This document shows, one piece after another, positions 30,737 to 40,980 of a stretch of DNA of 64,000 nucleotides. The stretch comes from Albidovulum sp. GTDB taxonomy: Bacteria > Pseudomonadota > Alphaproteobacteria > Rhodobacterales > Rhodobacteraceae. Below the pieces are notes generated by a model that had not been told where the DNA came from, did not search any database, and saw only the letters and a list, made by a program, of their open reading frames with translations. The stretch spans positions 3,323-67,322 of the forward strand of contig WFVA01000024.1 of assembly GCA_015491895.1 (NCBI GenBank). Direction: 5' to 3'. The stretch's first letter is position 1. The number at the start of each line of letters is the position of its first letter. The position numbers and the translations under genes are program-made.

Positions 30737-30868
30737 GCCGTTTCATCCTTTCATCCGCGCCCGCCCGGCGCGCCATTGACACAAGATAAGCCCCCGCGGC
30801 GCTCCCGCCAAGCCCGCTTCCCGCATCCTGCCTGCGGCCAATGGCCGTCATCACCCCTTCGAGACGTT

Positions 30869-31411
30869 TCACTTGCGGCGCAGATGCTCATCGAGACGCG
30901 GCATGATTTCGACGAAATTGCAGGGCATGTGCCGGTAATCCAGCTGAAGCTTCAGGATTTCGTCCCACGCATCCCGGCAGGCACCGGGGCTGCCGGGCAG
31001 GGCGAAGAGATAGGTGCCTTTCGCCACCCCGCCGGTGGCGCGCGATTGCACCGCCGATGTGCCGATCTTCTGCATCGAGACATGGGTGAAAACGATGCCG
31101 AAGGCCTCGATCTCCTTTTCGTAAACATCCCGGTGCGCCTCCACCGTCACATCCCGCCCGGTGAGCCCGGTGCCGCCGGTGGAAATGATCACATCCACAT
31201 CCTCACGCCCGCACCATGCGCGCAGCTGGGCGGCGATCTGATCGCGCTCGTCGGGCAGGATCTTGCGATCGGCGAGGATATGGCCTGCCTCCGCGATACG
31301 CCCGACAAGCACCTCGCCGGATCTGTCATCCTCGAGCCCGCGGCTGTCGGATACGGTGAGCACGGCGATGCGCACGGGGATGAATTTCCTGCTTTCGTCA
31401 ATCCTCGGCAT
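30869..31411 (-). CDS. moaB: Molybdenum cofactor biosynthesis protein B
   Basis: [12 protein letters not shown]...[17 protein letters not shown]...ALPGSPGAC (MoaB/Mog fold). Confidence 0.85.
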   Translation of the reverse strand: MPRIDESRKFIPVRIAVLTVSDSRGLEDDRSGEVLVGRIAEAGHILADRKILPDERDQIAAQLRAWCGREDVDVIISTGGTGLTGRDVTVEAHRDVYEKEIEAFGIVFTHVSMQKIGTSAVQSRATGGVAKGTYLFALPGSPGACRDAWDEILKLQLDYRHMPCNFVEIMPRLDEHLRRK

Positions 31412-32228
31412 GGGGTTTCTCCAATCTCGATTTCAGCATGAGCAGATCTGCCCAGGCCTCGCGCTTGGCGGAAGGGTTGCGCAGCAGATAGGCCGGGTGA
31501 AACATGGGCAGAACGGGGCGCCTGCCAAGCTCGTGCCAATGGCCGCGCAGGCGGGTGATGCCGCGCCGCCCCAGAAGCGCCTGACAGGCGATATTGCCCA
31601 TCAGCACGATCACATCGGGATCAACAAGCTCGATATGGCGCAGCACGAAGGGGCGCATCACGGCGATTTCCCCGGGCGTGGGATCGCGGTTCTGCGGCGG
31701 CCGCCAGGGGAGGATATTGGTGATGTAGAGGGCGCGATCGGGATCGGGCGCGCTGCGCGAAAGGCCGATGGCGGCAAACATGCGGTCAAGAAGATGCCCG
31801 GCGCGCCCCACGAAGGGCCTGCCGATGCGATCCTCCTCCCGCCCGGGCGCCTCCCCTATCACCATCAGCCGTGCAGCCGGATTGCCATCGGCAAACACCA
31901 GATTGCGCGCGCCCTTCTTCAACTCGCAGCCATCGAAGGCGGCGATGGCCGCGCGCAATTCCTCAAGCGTATTGGCCGCGGCGGCGAGGCGCTCGGCCTC
32001 GTCCACGGGATCAGGGCCGGAACCGGCCTCCGGCCCGGGGGCGGATGGGGCAGAAGGAGCCGAGGGCGCGGGCGCCTTCACCGGCTCTTTCGCCCGGGCC
32101 TGTTTGGCCGCAAGCTCGTAGCGGTTGATGGGCCGATCCCCGATAGCCTCGTCGGCGCCAAGCTCGATCTGCCATTCAAGAGCCGCGAGCGCCGCTTCGG
32201 GGCTCATGGTGTCGGGCGAAGAATCCAT
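31398..32228 (-). CDS. Family-4 uracil-DNA glycosylase with a ~90-aa Ala/Pro-rich N-terminal extension
   Basis: [28 protein letters not shown] and HPAYLLR motifs. Overlaps moaB by 14 nt. Confidence 0.85.
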   Translation of the reverse strand: MDSSPDTMSPEAALAALEWQIELGADEAIGDRPINRYELAAKQARAKEPVKAPAPSAPSAPSAPGPEAGSGPDPVDEAERLAAAANTLEELRAAIAAFDGCELKKGARNLVFADGNPAARLMVIGEAPGREEDRIGRPFVGRAGHLLDRMFAAIGLSRSAPDPDRALYITNILPWRPPQNRDPTPGEIAVMRPFVLRHIELVDPDVIVLMGNIACQALLGRRGITRLRGHWHELGRRPVLPMFHPAYLLRNPSAKREAWADLLMLKSRLEKPHAED

Positions 32229-32275
32229 GGCCCGAAACTAGGCGCTCGCGCCGGCGCGGTAAATGCCCTTCTGCC

Positions 32276-32304
32276 TTGCCCGCTGCCCGGGCAGTTCCTA
32301 TAAG
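32276..32304 (+). promoter_or_regulatory. Putative sigma70 promoter of pyrB (TTGCCC-N17-TATAAG)
   Basis: Hexamers and spacing read directly; 28 nt upstream of the pyrB ATG. The spacer contains the palindrome CTGCCCGGGCAG. Confidence 0.4.
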
Positions 32305-32331
32305 CGGGCAGCAGGCAATTCAGGGCATCAC

Positions 32332-33300
32332 ATGAGCTTCGACGCAAGGCACCTTCTGGGGATCGAGTATCTCAGGCCCGATGCGATCCGCACTCTCCTG
32401 GATCTTGCCGATCGTTACGTGGATCTCAACCGCAGCCCGCAGAAGCATTCCACGGCGCTTGCGGGCCTCACCCAGATCAACATGTTCTTCGAAGCCTCGA
32501 CCCGCACCCAGGCCAGCTTCGAGATCGCAGGCAAGCGCCTCGGGGCCGACGTGATGAACATGGCGATGCAGGCAAGCTCGTTGAAAAAGGGCGAAACCCT
32601 GATCGATACCGCGCTGACGCTCAACGCCATGCATCCCGATCTTCTGGTGGTGCGCCATCCCCATTCGGGCGCGGTCAATCTCCTGGCCGAGAAGGTGAAC
32701 TGCGCGGTGCTGAATGCCGGTGACGGGCGCCACGAGCATCCCACCCAGGCCCTCCTCGATGCGCTCACCATCCGCCGCAAGAAGGGCCGGCTCCATCGCC
32801 TCACCGTGGCGATCTGCGGCGATATCGCCCACAGCCGCGTGGCGCGCAGCAACATCCTGCTTCTGGGCAAGATGGAAAACCGCCTGCGCCTGATCGGCCC
32901 GCCCACGCTGATGCCCGCAAGCATCGAGGAATTCGGCGTGGAGGTATATGACGACATGCGCGAAGGCCTCCAAGGCGCCGACGTGGTGATGATGCTGCGC
33001 CTCCAGAAGGAGCGGATGGATGGCGGCTTCATCCCCTCGGAGCGGGAATATTACCACCGCTGGGGGCTTGATGCCGAGAAGCTGTCACAGGCCAAGCCGG
33101 ACGCGATCGTGATGCACCCCGGGCCGATGAACCGGGGGGTCGAGATCGACGGCACCATCGCCGACGACATCAACCGCTCCGTCATTCAGGAGCAGGTGGA
33201 GATGGGCGTGGCGGTGCGCATGGCGGCGATGGATCTGCTGGCGCGCAACCTTCGCGCCGCACGCGAGAGCGAGGGAGATGCAAAGGGGGTCATCATATGA
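32332..33300 (+). CDS. pyrB: Aspartate carbamoyltransferase catalytic subunit
   Basis: [36 protein letters not shown] signatures. Confidence 0.95.
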   Translation: MSFDARHLLGIEYLRPDAIRTLLDLADRYVDLNRSPQKHSTALAGLTQINMFFEASTRTQASFEIAGKRLGADVMNMAMQASSLKKGETLIDTALTLNAMHPDLLVVRHPHSGAVNLLAEKVNCAVLNAGDGRHEHPTQALLDALTIRRKKGRLHRLTVAICGDIAHSRVARSNILLLGKMENRLRLIGPPTLMPASIEEFGVEVYDDMREGLQGADVVMMLRLQKERMDGGFIPSEREYYHRWGLDAEKLSQAKPDAIVMHPGPMNRGVEIDGTIADDINRSVIQEQVEMGVAVRMAAMDLLARNLRAARESEGDAKGVII

Positions 33301-34583
33301 GCGAACAACCCCTCACCCTCACAAACGCGATCCTGATCGATCCCGAGGCCGGCACCGAAGGCCCCGGCTGGCTCAGGATCGAGAACGGGATGATCGCCGG
33401 CACGGGCACGGGCGCCCCCCCGGAAGGCCGCACCATCGATTGCGGCGGGAAATATCTCGCGCCGGGGATCGTGGATATCGGGGTGAAGGTCTGCGAGCCC
33501 GGCGAGCGGCACAAGGAAAGCTACCGCACGGCGGGGCTAGCGGCTGCCGCGGGCGGCGTGACCACCATGATCACCCGCCCCGACACCCTGCCCGCGATCG
33601 ACAGCCCCGAGGTGCTCGAATTCGTCACCCGGCGCGCACGTGAGGCGGCGCCCGTCAACATCCGCCACATGGCCGCGCTCACCAAGGGGCGCGAGGGGCG
33701 GGAAATGGTGGAGATCGGCTTTCTCGCCGATGCGGGCGCCGTGGCCTTCACCGATTGCGATCGGGTGGTGGCCGATACGAAGGTGTTCTCCCGCTGCCTC
33801 ACCTATGCGCGCGCGCTTGGCGCATTGGTGATCGCCCACCCGCAGGAGCCGATCCTGAGCCGAGGGGCGGCCGCCACCAGCGGCAAGTTCGCCAGCCTGC
33901 GCGGCCTGTCGGCCGTTCCTCCAATGGCCGAGCGCCTCGGCCTCGAGCGGGATCTGGCGATCGTGGAGATGACGGGCGCGCGCTACCACGCCGACAATCT
34001 CTCCACCGCCGTTGCCCTCCCCGCGCTCAGGCGCGCCAGGGAAGCGGGGCTTGGGGTGACGGCGGGCGTCAACATCCATCATCTCACCCTCAACGAGCTA
34101 GACATCGGCGATTACCGCACCTTCTTCAAGCTGAAGCCCCCTCTCAGGAGCGAAGAGGACCGCATGGCCATGATCGAGGCCGTGCGCGAAGGGCTGATCG
34201 ACGTGATCTCCTCCATGCACACCCCGCAGGACGAGGAAAGCAAGCGCCTGCCCTTCGAGGAGGCGGCATCGGGCGCCGTGGGGCTCGAAACCCTGCTGCC
34301 GGCCGCGTTGCGGCTCTGGCACGGAGGGCATATCTCGCTGCCCGCACTTTTCTGCGCGCTTGCCCTCAATCCGGCGCGCCTGATGGGGCTTCCCTCGGGC
34401 CGCCTCTCGAAGGGAGCGCCGGCCGATCTCGTCCTGTTCGATCCGCACAAGCCCTTCGTTCTCGATCGCTTCAGGCTCAGATCGAAATCGAAGAACACCC
34501 CGTTTGACGGCGCCAGGATGCAGGGCAGGGTGCTCGCGACCTTCGTTGGCGGGCGGCAGATATTCGGAAAGGAGGGCAACTGA
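33297..34583 (+). CDS. Dihydroorotase-like protein, probably non-catalytic (PyrC-prime type)
   Basis: DHOase fold, but the metal/catalytic positions are substituted: [14 protein letters not shown] in place of D-x-H-x-H, YHADNLST in place of H-x-H-(V/L)-S, SSMHTPQ in place of DHAP. ATGA overlap with pyrB. Confidence 0.75.
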   Translation: MSEQPLTLTNAILIDPEAGTEGPGWLRIENGMIAGTGTGAPPEGRTIDCGGKYLAPGIVDIGVKVCEPGERHKESYRTAGLAAAAGGVTTMITRPDTLPAIDSPEVLEFVTRRAREAAPVNIRHMAALTKGREGREMVEIGFLADAGAVAFTDCDRVVADTKVFSRCLTYARALGALVIAHPQEPILSRGAAATSGKFASLRGLSAVPPMAERLGLERDLAIVEMTGARYHADNLSTAVALPALRRAREAGLGVTAGVNIHHLTLNELDIGDYRTFFKLKPPLRSEEDRMAMIEAVREGLIDVISSMHTPQDEESKRLPFEEAASGAVGLETLLPAALRLWHGGHISLPALFCALALNPARLMGLPSGRLSKGAPADLVLFDPHKPFVLDRFRLRSKSKNTPFDGARMQGRVLATFVGGRQIFGKEGN

Positions 34584-35206
34584 TGCCCGAAGCAATGACG
34601 GGCCCCCTCGGCATGGGGCTGGCGATCCTGATCGGCTATCTTCTGGGCTCGATCCCCTGGGGGATGGTGCTGGCGCGGCTGATGGGGCTTGGCGATCTGC
34701 GCCGGATCGGATCGGGCAATATCGGCGCCACCAACGTGCTGCGCACCGGCAACAGGAAGGCCGCGGCGCTGACGCTCCTGCTCGACATGGGCAAGGGCGC
34801 GGCCGCGGTGCTGATTGCGCGCGCGCTCTGGGCGGAGGACGCGGCGCAGATGGCGGCGCTCGCGGCCTTTCTGGGCCATTGCTATCCGGTCTGGCTCGGG
34901 TTTCGCGGCGGCAAGGGGGTCGCCACCTTCATCGGCATCATGCTGGCGCTTTCCTGGAAGGTGGGGCTGGCTGTCTGCGCCACCTGGCTCTTCTTTGCCG
35001 TGCTCTTCAGATATTCCTCGCTCGCCGCGCTGGCGGCGGCGGGCTTCAGCACCATGTGGATCTTCATCTTCCGGGAAGGCGAGATGTTCTTCCTCGGCGT
35101 GGCGCTGACGGTGCTGATCTACTGGCGACACCGCGAAAACATAAAGCGCCTCGAAGCCGGCACCGAGCCGAAGATCGGCCGAAAGAAGGCGGATGACGAA
35201 AGCTGA
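34583..35206 (+). CDS. plsY: Glycerol-3-phosphate acyltransferase PlsY
   Basis: GYLLGSIPWG...GSGNIGATNVLRTG...GKGVAT motifs; TGATG overlap with the upstream gene. Confidence 0.9.
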   Translation: MPEAMTGPLGMGLAILIGYLLGSIPWGMVLARLMGLGDLRRIGSGNIGATNVLRTGNRKAAALTLLLDMGKGAAAVLIARALWAEDAAQMAALAAFLGHCYPVWLGFRGGKGVATFIGIMLALSWKVGLAVCATWLFFAVLFRYSSLAALAAAGFSTMWIFIFREGEMFFLGVALTVLIYWRHRENIKRLEAGTEPKIGRKKADDES

Positions 35207-35233
35207 GCCAAAGGCGGCGACACGCACCGCTTT

Positions 35234-36604
35234 TCAGTAGCTGTATTCCCCATAAATGCGCGTCAGATCACCGCCCCAGGGGCCGTGGTATTTTTCCAGC
35301 AGTTCATCGGCCAGGGTGATCCCGGTTTCCACTTCGTCCTTCAGCGTGTTGAGGAAATGGCGCTCATCGGGCACGAGGCCGCCAAGGCCGGGGCGCGCGC
35401 GCGCCTTGAGGCCGGCTTCCGCAATCGCCAGCGCCTCTGTGGCAAGATCACGCATCCGCATTCCTTCCACCTGTGCGTCAAGCCCGTCCCGGCCGGCAGC
35501 GATGCGCCAGGCCTCGCGGGTTTCGGCGCTCCAGCCCTTCGCCAGATCCCAGGCCGCATCAAGCGCGCTTGCGTCATACATGAGCCCCACCCAGAAGGCC
35601 GGCAGGGCGCAAAGGCGCCGCCACGGGCCGCCATCGGCACCGCGCATTTCCATGTATTGCTTGATGCGCGCTTCGGGGAAAATCGTGGTCAGATGATCGG
35701 CCCAATCGCTGAGCGTCGGCTTTTCGCCGGGAAGCGCGGGCAATTCGCCCTTCAGAAAATCACGGAAGCTCATGCCCAGCGCATCGATGTATTTCCCGTC
35801 GCGATAGACGAAATACATCGGCACATCAAGCGCGTAATCCACATAGCGCTGAAAGCCCATTCCCTCCTCGAACACGAAAGGCAGCATCCCGGTGCGGCTC
35901 GGATCGAGATCGCGCCAGATGCGCGAACGCCAGCTCTTGTAGCCCGTGGGCCTGCCCTCGAAGAAGGGAGAGCTTGCAAAAAGCGCCGTCGCCACCGGCT
36001 GAAGCGCGAGCGCCACACGGAATTTCCTCACCATGTCCGCCTCGGAGGCGAAATCGAGATTCACCTGCACGGTGCAGGTGCGATACATCATCTGCGTACC
36101 ATGGGTGCCGACCTTCTCCATGTAGGGCGTCATCAGCTTGTAGCGGCCCTTGGGCATCATCGGCATGTCCTCATGGCGCCAGATCGGGGCGGCGCCGAGG
36201 CCGATGAACCCCGCGCCGATCCCGTCGGCCACGGTCTGCACCTCACGCAGGTGTTCGTTCACCTCGTCGCAGGTTTCATGGATCGTTTCGAGTGCCGCGC
36301 CGGAGAGCTCCAGCTGCCCGCCCGGCTCGAGCGAGATGTTGGCGCCATCCTTCTCGAGCCCGATCAGATAGCCTCCCTCCTCGATTCCCTGCCAGCCGAA
36401 GCGATCGCGCAGGCCCTCGAGCATCGCCTTGACCGAGCGATCGCCCTCATAGGGGAGCGGCTTCAGCGTATCCCTGCAATAGCCGAATTTCTCGTGTTCG
36501 GTGCCGATCCGCCACGCCTCCTTCGGCTTGCAGCCCGCTTCCAGAAATTCGGCCAGCTGGCCCTCGTGCTCGATCGGGCCACCGCCCGACTGGGGGATCG
36601 ACAT
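35234..36604 (-). CDS. gshA: Glutamate-cysteine ligase (plant/alphaproteobacterial GCS2 type)
   Basis: 456 aa; RIGTEHEKFGY, MYRTCTVQVNLDF and C-terminal GCS2-type blocks. Confidence 0.9.
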   Translation of the reverse strand: MSIPQSGGGPIEHEGQLAEFLEAGCKPKEAWRIGTEHEKFGYCRDTLKPLPYEGDRSVKAMLEGLRDRFGWQGIEEGGYLIGLEKDGANISLEPGGQLELSGAALETIHETCDEVNEHLREVQTVADGIGAGFIGLGAAPIWRHEDMPMMPKGRYKLMTPYMEKVGTHGTQMMYRTCTVQVNLDFASEADMVRKFRVALALQPVATALFASSPFFEGRPTGYKSWRSRIWRDLDPSRTGMLPFVFEEGMGFQRYVDYALDVPMYFVYRDGKYIDALGMSFRDFLKGELPALPGEKPTLSDWADHLTTIFPEARIKQYMEMRGADGGPWRRLCALPAFWVGLMYDASALDAAWDLAKGWSAETREAWRIAAGRDGLDAQVEGMRMRDLATEALAIAEAGLKARARPGLGGLVPDERHFLNTLKDEVETGITLADELLEKYHGPWGGDLTRIYGEYSY

Positions 36605-36676
36605 GAATTTTCTCCGCTTCCGTTCGCCCGTGCCTTTCGGCGTGGCCCCAAGTGGTGAAAGGAAACGGAAGGGTTG

Positions 36677-37192
36677 TCAATGCAACCTTCGCACCGGCTT
36701 TTCCCAGATCACGGCCAGTTGACCGGGCGGCCTCTCGAGCGCCTGAAGCATCGGTTCGATCCTGAGGCCGGGCAAGGCGGCGAAGGCATCGAAAAGCGCT
36801 TCCGCCCCCTCGGCATTGACGGGGATTTCAACCGGCGCGCCGCCCTCGTGATGGAGCCGCCAGGCAAGGGCGCCCGCAGGTGAAGGCGCAATCTCGAGGC
36901 GCCAGAGCGAATCAAGCGCCACGATGCCGCCCGTATGGGGGCCGAAATAGGCGATGCGGCGCTCGTCCACCTGCACCACGCCGGGCCCGCCGCGGGCGCG
37001 GCGAAAGCGGCCAAGCTGAAAGCCCGCCCAGCCAAGCGCCGCACCGGCGAAAATCACCGCCAGCCCGAGCCAGAGATCCAGCCCCTGCGCTCCGATCGCC
37101 ATGAACAGCCCGAGAAGTGCGATCGCTACGCCGATCAGCGCTTCACGCCAGCGCCAGAGGGCTTCCCGGGCTTCGGGGCGAAAGAATGCCAT
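36677..37192 (-). CDS. Hypothetical membrane protein (2 TM + soluble C-terminal domain)
   Basis: 171-aa ORF abutting the rsmE stop (0-nt spacer). No family recognised by eye. Confidence 0.55.
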   Translation of the reverse strand: MAFFRPEAREALWRWREALIGVAIALLGLFMAIGAQGLDLWLGLAVIFAGAALGWAGFQLGRFRRARGGPGVVQVDERRIAYFGPHTGGIVALDSLWRLEIAPSPAGALAWRLHHEGGAPVEIPVNAEGAEALFDAFAALPGLRIEPMLQALERPPGQLAVIWEKPVRRLH

Positions 37193-37918
37193 TCACCAAT
37201 CTCCGAGCGTGCTTTGCCAAAGCGTGAGCGCCGCCACGGCAGCGGTATCGGCGCGCAGGATGCGCGGGCCGAGGCTGACGGCCGTAGCGAACGGGAGCGC
37301 GCGCAAGCGTTCGCGTTCGGCATCGGAAAACCCGCCCTCGGGCCCGATAAGGATCGCCCATTTGCCGCCCCGCTCAAACCCTTCAAGCGCCGCGCCTGCC
37401 CCCACCAGCGCCTCGTCGCAAAACATCAGCCTGCGATCTTCGGGCCATTCGGCCAGCAGCTTTTCAAGCGGTTTCAGCTCCTCCACGGGGGGCACATAGG
37501 TGCCGCCACACTGCTCCGCCGCCTCGATCGCATGGGCCTCCAGCCGATCGCGCCGGATGCGTTCGGAATTGGTGAAATCCGTGCGCACCGGCAGGATGCG
37601 GGCGGCCCCAAGCTCGGCGGCCTTTTCCACGATGAAATCCGTGCGCGCCTTCTTGATCGGCGCAAACATCAGCCAGACATCGGGCGGCAACTGCAAGGGG
37701 CGGGTCCGGCGCAGGCATGTCAGCACGCCGGTGCGCTTGCCTGCCTCCGCTACCCCGGCCAGCCACTCGCCATCTCGCCCGTTGAAGAGAAGCACCTCCG
37801 CCCCCTCCCCGAGCCGCATCACCGAGAAGAGATAATGCGCCTGCGCGCGCGTGAGCGGAACCGATTGCCCTTCCCCGAGCGCATGTTCTACATAGAGCCT
37901 GATCTTCGCCTTTTTCAT
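37193..37918 (-). CDS. rsmE: 16S rRNA (uracil1498-N3)-methyltransferase
   Basis: MKKAKIRLYVEH..., ILIGPEGGFSDAE, SLGPRILRADTA (SPOUT/RsmE). Alternative in-frame ATGs at 37924 and 37930. Confidence 0.85.
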   Translation of the reverse strand: MKKAKIRLYVEHALGEGQSVPLTRAQAHYLFSVMRLGEGAEVLLFNGRDGEWLAGVAEAGKRTGVLTCLRRTRPLQLPPDVWLMFAPIKKARTDFIVEKAAELGAARILPVRTDFTNSERIRRDRLEAHAIEAAEQCGGTYVPPVEELKPLEKLLAEWPEDRRLMFCDEALVGAGAALEGFERGGKWAILIGPEGGFSDAERERLRALPFATAVSLGPRILRADTAAVAALTLWQSTLGDW

Positions 37919-37930
37919 GGACATGACCAT

Positions 37931-38902
37931 ATGCCCGAACATCAGCAATCGCCAGAGCCGAAGGGGCAGGTTTCCGATGCTGTCCGGGGCAACTGGGTCG
38001 ATCGGCTGGCGCCCGAGCGCGCGCGGCCCTACCTGCGCCTCTCGCGCGCCGATCGTCCGATCGGCACCTGGCTTCTGCTGCTGCCCTGCTGGTGGGGGAT
38101 CCTGCTCGCCGCGCTGGCGCATGGCGATTTCCGCCCCGCCGATCTCTGGCTGATAGCCGCCTGCGCGCTCGGGGCCTGGCTGATGCGCGGCGCCGGCTGC
38201 ACCTGGAATGACATTACCGATCGCGAATACGATGCCCGCGTGGCCCGCACCAGAAGCCGGCCGATCCCCTCCGGGCAGGTCAGCGTGAAACAGGCGGCAA
38301 TCTGGATGGGGGTGCAGGCCCTCATCGCCTTCGCCATCCTGCTCACTTTCAATGCAAATGCGATCCTGCTTGGCGTCCTCGCCCTTGCCCCCGTGGCCAT
38401 CTACCCCTTCGCCAAGCGCTTCACCTGGTGGCCGCAGGTTTTCCTCGGCATCGCCTTCAACTGGGGCGCATTGCTGGGCTGGGTTGCCCATACGGGCAGG
38501 CTCGAATGGCCCGCCGTGCTGCTCTATCTCGCCGGCATCAGCTGGACCCTGTTTTACGACACGATCTACGCCCATCAGGACAAAGAGGACGACGCCCTCA
38601 TCGGCGTGAAATCCACAGCCCGCCTCTTTGCCGAACGCACGCGCTGGTGGCTGCGCCTGTTCATGGTGCTGACCGTCCTGCTGATGGCGCTCGCGGTGGT
38701 GCTGGCGCTGGTGCCGGCCGGCGCCCCCCTGCCCCGCCTCCTCGTGGCGCTCCTCGCGCCCTGGGCCATCGGCTGGCACATGACATGGCAGCTGCGCCAC
38801 CTCGATACGGAAGATCCGGCCAACTGCCTGCGCCTCTTTCGCGCCAACCGCGATGCGGGGCTCCTGCCTGCGCTGTTTTTCGCCGCAGCGCTCATGCTTT
38901 GA
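37931..38902 (+). CDS. ubiA: 4-hydroxybenzoate polyprenyltransferase
   Basis: LSRADRPIGTWLLLLPCWW, GCTWNDITDREYDARVARTRSRPIPSG, YAHQDKEDD motifs. Only the last 323 codons of ORF 36935..38902 are UbiA-like. Confidence 0.85.
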   Translation: MPEHQQSPEPKGQVSDAVRGNWVDRLAPERARPYLRLSRADRPIGTWLLLLPCWWGILLAALAHGDFRPADLWLIAACALGAWLMRGAGCTWNDITDREYDARVARTRSRPIPSGQVSVKQAAIWMGVQALIAFAILLTFNANAILLGVLALAPVAIYPFAKRFTWWPQVFLGIAFNWGALLGWVAHTGRLEWPAVLLYLAGISWTLFYDTIYAHQDKEDDALIGVKSTARLFAERTRWWLRLFMVLTVLLMALAVVLALVPAGAPLPRLLVALLAPWAIGWHMTWQLRHLDTEDPANCLRLFRANRDAGLLPALFFAAALML

Positions 38903-38961
38903 TTGAACCGGCCGAACGCGCCGCTTAGAAAGGCCCGGGGAATCCGGGGAAGTAACGAAAC

Positions 38962-40980
38962 ATGCGTCTTTCAAGCATCATACTGCCCGCTGCCGCTTTC
39001 ATCCTGGCCGCCGCGCTCAGCGTTCTGGTGGCGGTGAAGGCGGCAAACGTGATCGAGAAGCGCTCGCAGGGCGCGGTGAAAACGGCGCTGCTGCTTGCCG
39101 GCGATGACTGGGCGAAAGTGGATGTGGATGGCCTTCAGGTGATTCTCAGCGGAACGGCGCTCAGCGAGGCCCAGCGCTTCCATGCCCTGAGCGCGGCACG
39201 CTCCGTTGTCGATGCCGAGCGCGTGATCGACAGGATAGAGGTGGCCGATGCGCTGAAGATCCCGCCGCCGGAATTCTCGATCGAGATCCTGCGCAACAGC
39301 AAGGGCATTTCCCTGATCGGCCTGGCCCCGCAAAGCACGGATCGCACGGCTCTTGCGGGGAAAATCTCAAAACTTGCCGGCCATGCAGAAGTGGCCGACA
39401 TGCTCGATACAGCCGCCTACCCCGCCCCGGAAGGCTGGGAAGAAGCGCTGGCATACGGCATCGAAGCCCTGAAGCGGCTCAAAAGCACAAAGATCTCCAT
39501 CGCTCCGGGGCGTGTCTCGATCATCGCCACGGCGGAAACGCCCACCGGCAAGCGGCGCCTCGAGGAAAGCCTCGCCGCCGCCGCCCCCGATGGGCTCGCG
39601 CTCGATCTCTCGATCTCCGCCCCGCGCCCGGTGATCACCCCGTTCACGCTGCGTTTCCTGATCAACGGGAAAGGCGCGCGCTTCGATGCCTGTGCGGCCG
39701 ACAGCCCGGAATCGAAGGAGCGCATCCTTGCCGCGGCGCGGGAAGCCGGGCTTGACGGGGGGGCCAATTGCACCATCGGCATCGGCGCACCTTCTCCACA
39801 GTGGGGCGATGCAGCGGTGAGCGGCATCCGCGCGCTTGCAGCCCTCGGCGGCGGCAGCCTCACCATCGCCGACAGGGATGTAAGCCTGATCGCAAGGGAG
39901 GATGCATCGCCAAGCGCGTTCGAAGCGGTCAGCGGGCGCCTCGAGGCCGATCTGCCAGAGCCCTTCACGCTCCATGCCGTGCTGCCTCAGCCCGTGAAAC
40001 TTGTCGGCACCGGCGCGGATACCGGCGAAGGCCCCCCCGAATTCGTGGCAACACGCAGCCCCGAGGGCCTTGTGCAGCTCAAGGGCAGGCTTGCGGACGA
40101 ACGCCTGCGCGAGGCCGTCAACAGCTTTGCATATGCGCGTTTCGGGATTGAAAACGTGGACAGCGCCACGCGCCTCGACCCCGATCTGCCAAGCGGCTGG
40201 CCGGTGCGCGTGCTGGCGGGGCTCGAGGCGCTGAGCAAGCTCAACAACGGCGCCATTGTGATCCAGCCGGATTTCGCCCAGGTGCGGGGGATTTCCGGCA
40301 ACCCGGAAGCTCGGGCCGAAATCTCGCGCCTTCTCTCTGAAAAGCTCGGCGCCGGCGCCAATTTCGAGATTGACGTGAAATACAGGAAGCGCCTTGATCC
40401 CAAGGCCAATCTGCCCACCCCGGAGGAATGCGCTGCCTCCATCAATGCCGTCCTGAAGGAAAACAAGATCACCTTCGCCCCCGGTTCCGCCACCATAGAC
40501 CCGAGCGCCAGCAAGACTCTCGATCGCATCGCGGAGCTCCTAAAGAAATGCGAGGATGTGAAGATGGAGATCGCCGGCCACACCGATAGCCAGGGGCGCG
40601 AGGAAATGAATCTCAACCTCTCTCAGGCGCGCGCCGAAGCCGTGCTGACGGCCCTCATGGCGCGGCGCATCCTCACATCGGGCCTTGTGGCCAGGGGCTA
40701 TGGCGAAACCCGCCCCATCGCCGACAACAAGACGGAAGAAGGCCGCGAGGCCAACCGGCGGATCGAATTCACCCTGATCCAACCTGAAAGCGAAGAGCCG
40801 GCCGAAAACAACGATGCCGGGGAAGGGGAAGGTGCCGCCGAAGCCCCGGCCGATGGCGCAGCGGAAAATGCCAGCGCACAGCCACCGGCCGATCAGGCGC
40901 ACCCGCCGGAAAAAGCGCCGGTCCCCGCAGCCAGGCCCGCACCGAAACCCCGCCCGGAGACAACAGATGAACAGAACTGA
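38962..40980 (+). CDS. Membrane-anchored OmpA-family (peptidoglycan-binding) protein with an Ala/Pro/Glu-rich tail
   Basis: N-terminal TM; C-terminal OmpA_C block ITFAPGSATID...GHTDSQG...NLSQARAEAV...GYGETRPIADN...NRRIEF. Confidence 0.8.
   Translation: MRLSSIILPAAAFILAAALSVLVAVKAANVIEKRSQGAVKTALLLAGDDWAKVDVDGLQVILSGTALSEAQRFHALSAARSVVDAERVIDRIEVADALKIPPPEFSIEILRNSKGISLIGLAPQSTDRTALAGKISKLAGHAEVADMLDTAAYPAPEGWEEALAYGIEALKRLKSTKISIAPGRVSIIATAETPTGKRRLEESLAAAAPDGLALDLSISAPRPVITPFTLRFLINGKGARFDACAADSPESKERILAAAREAGLDGGANCTIGIGAPSPQWGDAAVSGIRALAALGGGSLTIADRDVSLIAREDASPSAFEAVSGRLEADLPEPFTLHAVLPQPVKLVGTGADTGEGPPEFVATRSPEGLVQLKGRLADERLREAVNSFAYARFGIENVDSATRLDPDLPSGWPVRVLAGLEALSKLNNGAIVIQPDFAQVRGISGNPEARAEISRLLSEKLGAGANFEIDVKYRKRLDPKANLPTPEECAASINAVLKENKITFAPGSATIDPSASKTLDRIAELLKKCEDVKMEIAGHTDSQGREEMNLNLSQARAEAVLTALMARRILTSGLVARGYGETRPIADNKTEEGREANRRIEFTLIQPESEEPAENNDAGEGEGAAEAPADGAAENASAQPPADQAHPPEKAPVPAARPAPKPRPETTDEQN

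Noticed and set aside
36617-36680. 8-bp inverted repeat CTTCCGTT/AACGGAAG plus a perfect TTGACA (minus strand) upstream of gshA, considered as a leader structure or riboswitch
   Set aside because: The only -10 candidate at correct spacing is CACCAC (poor). If that promoter were used, one repeat arm would lie outside the transcript. The evidence is too weak to report as a feature.
36753-36762. GGTTCGATCC, a tRNA T-loop-like decamer
   Set aside because: The flanking bases cannot form a T-stem or acceptor stem, and it lies inside a coding ORF (36677..37192). It is a chance match.
36935-37930. 332-codon N-terminal extension of the ubiA ORF
   Set aside because: It is antisense to rsmE and to the 171-aa membrane protein gene. 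UbiA similarity starts only at MPEHQQS (37931).
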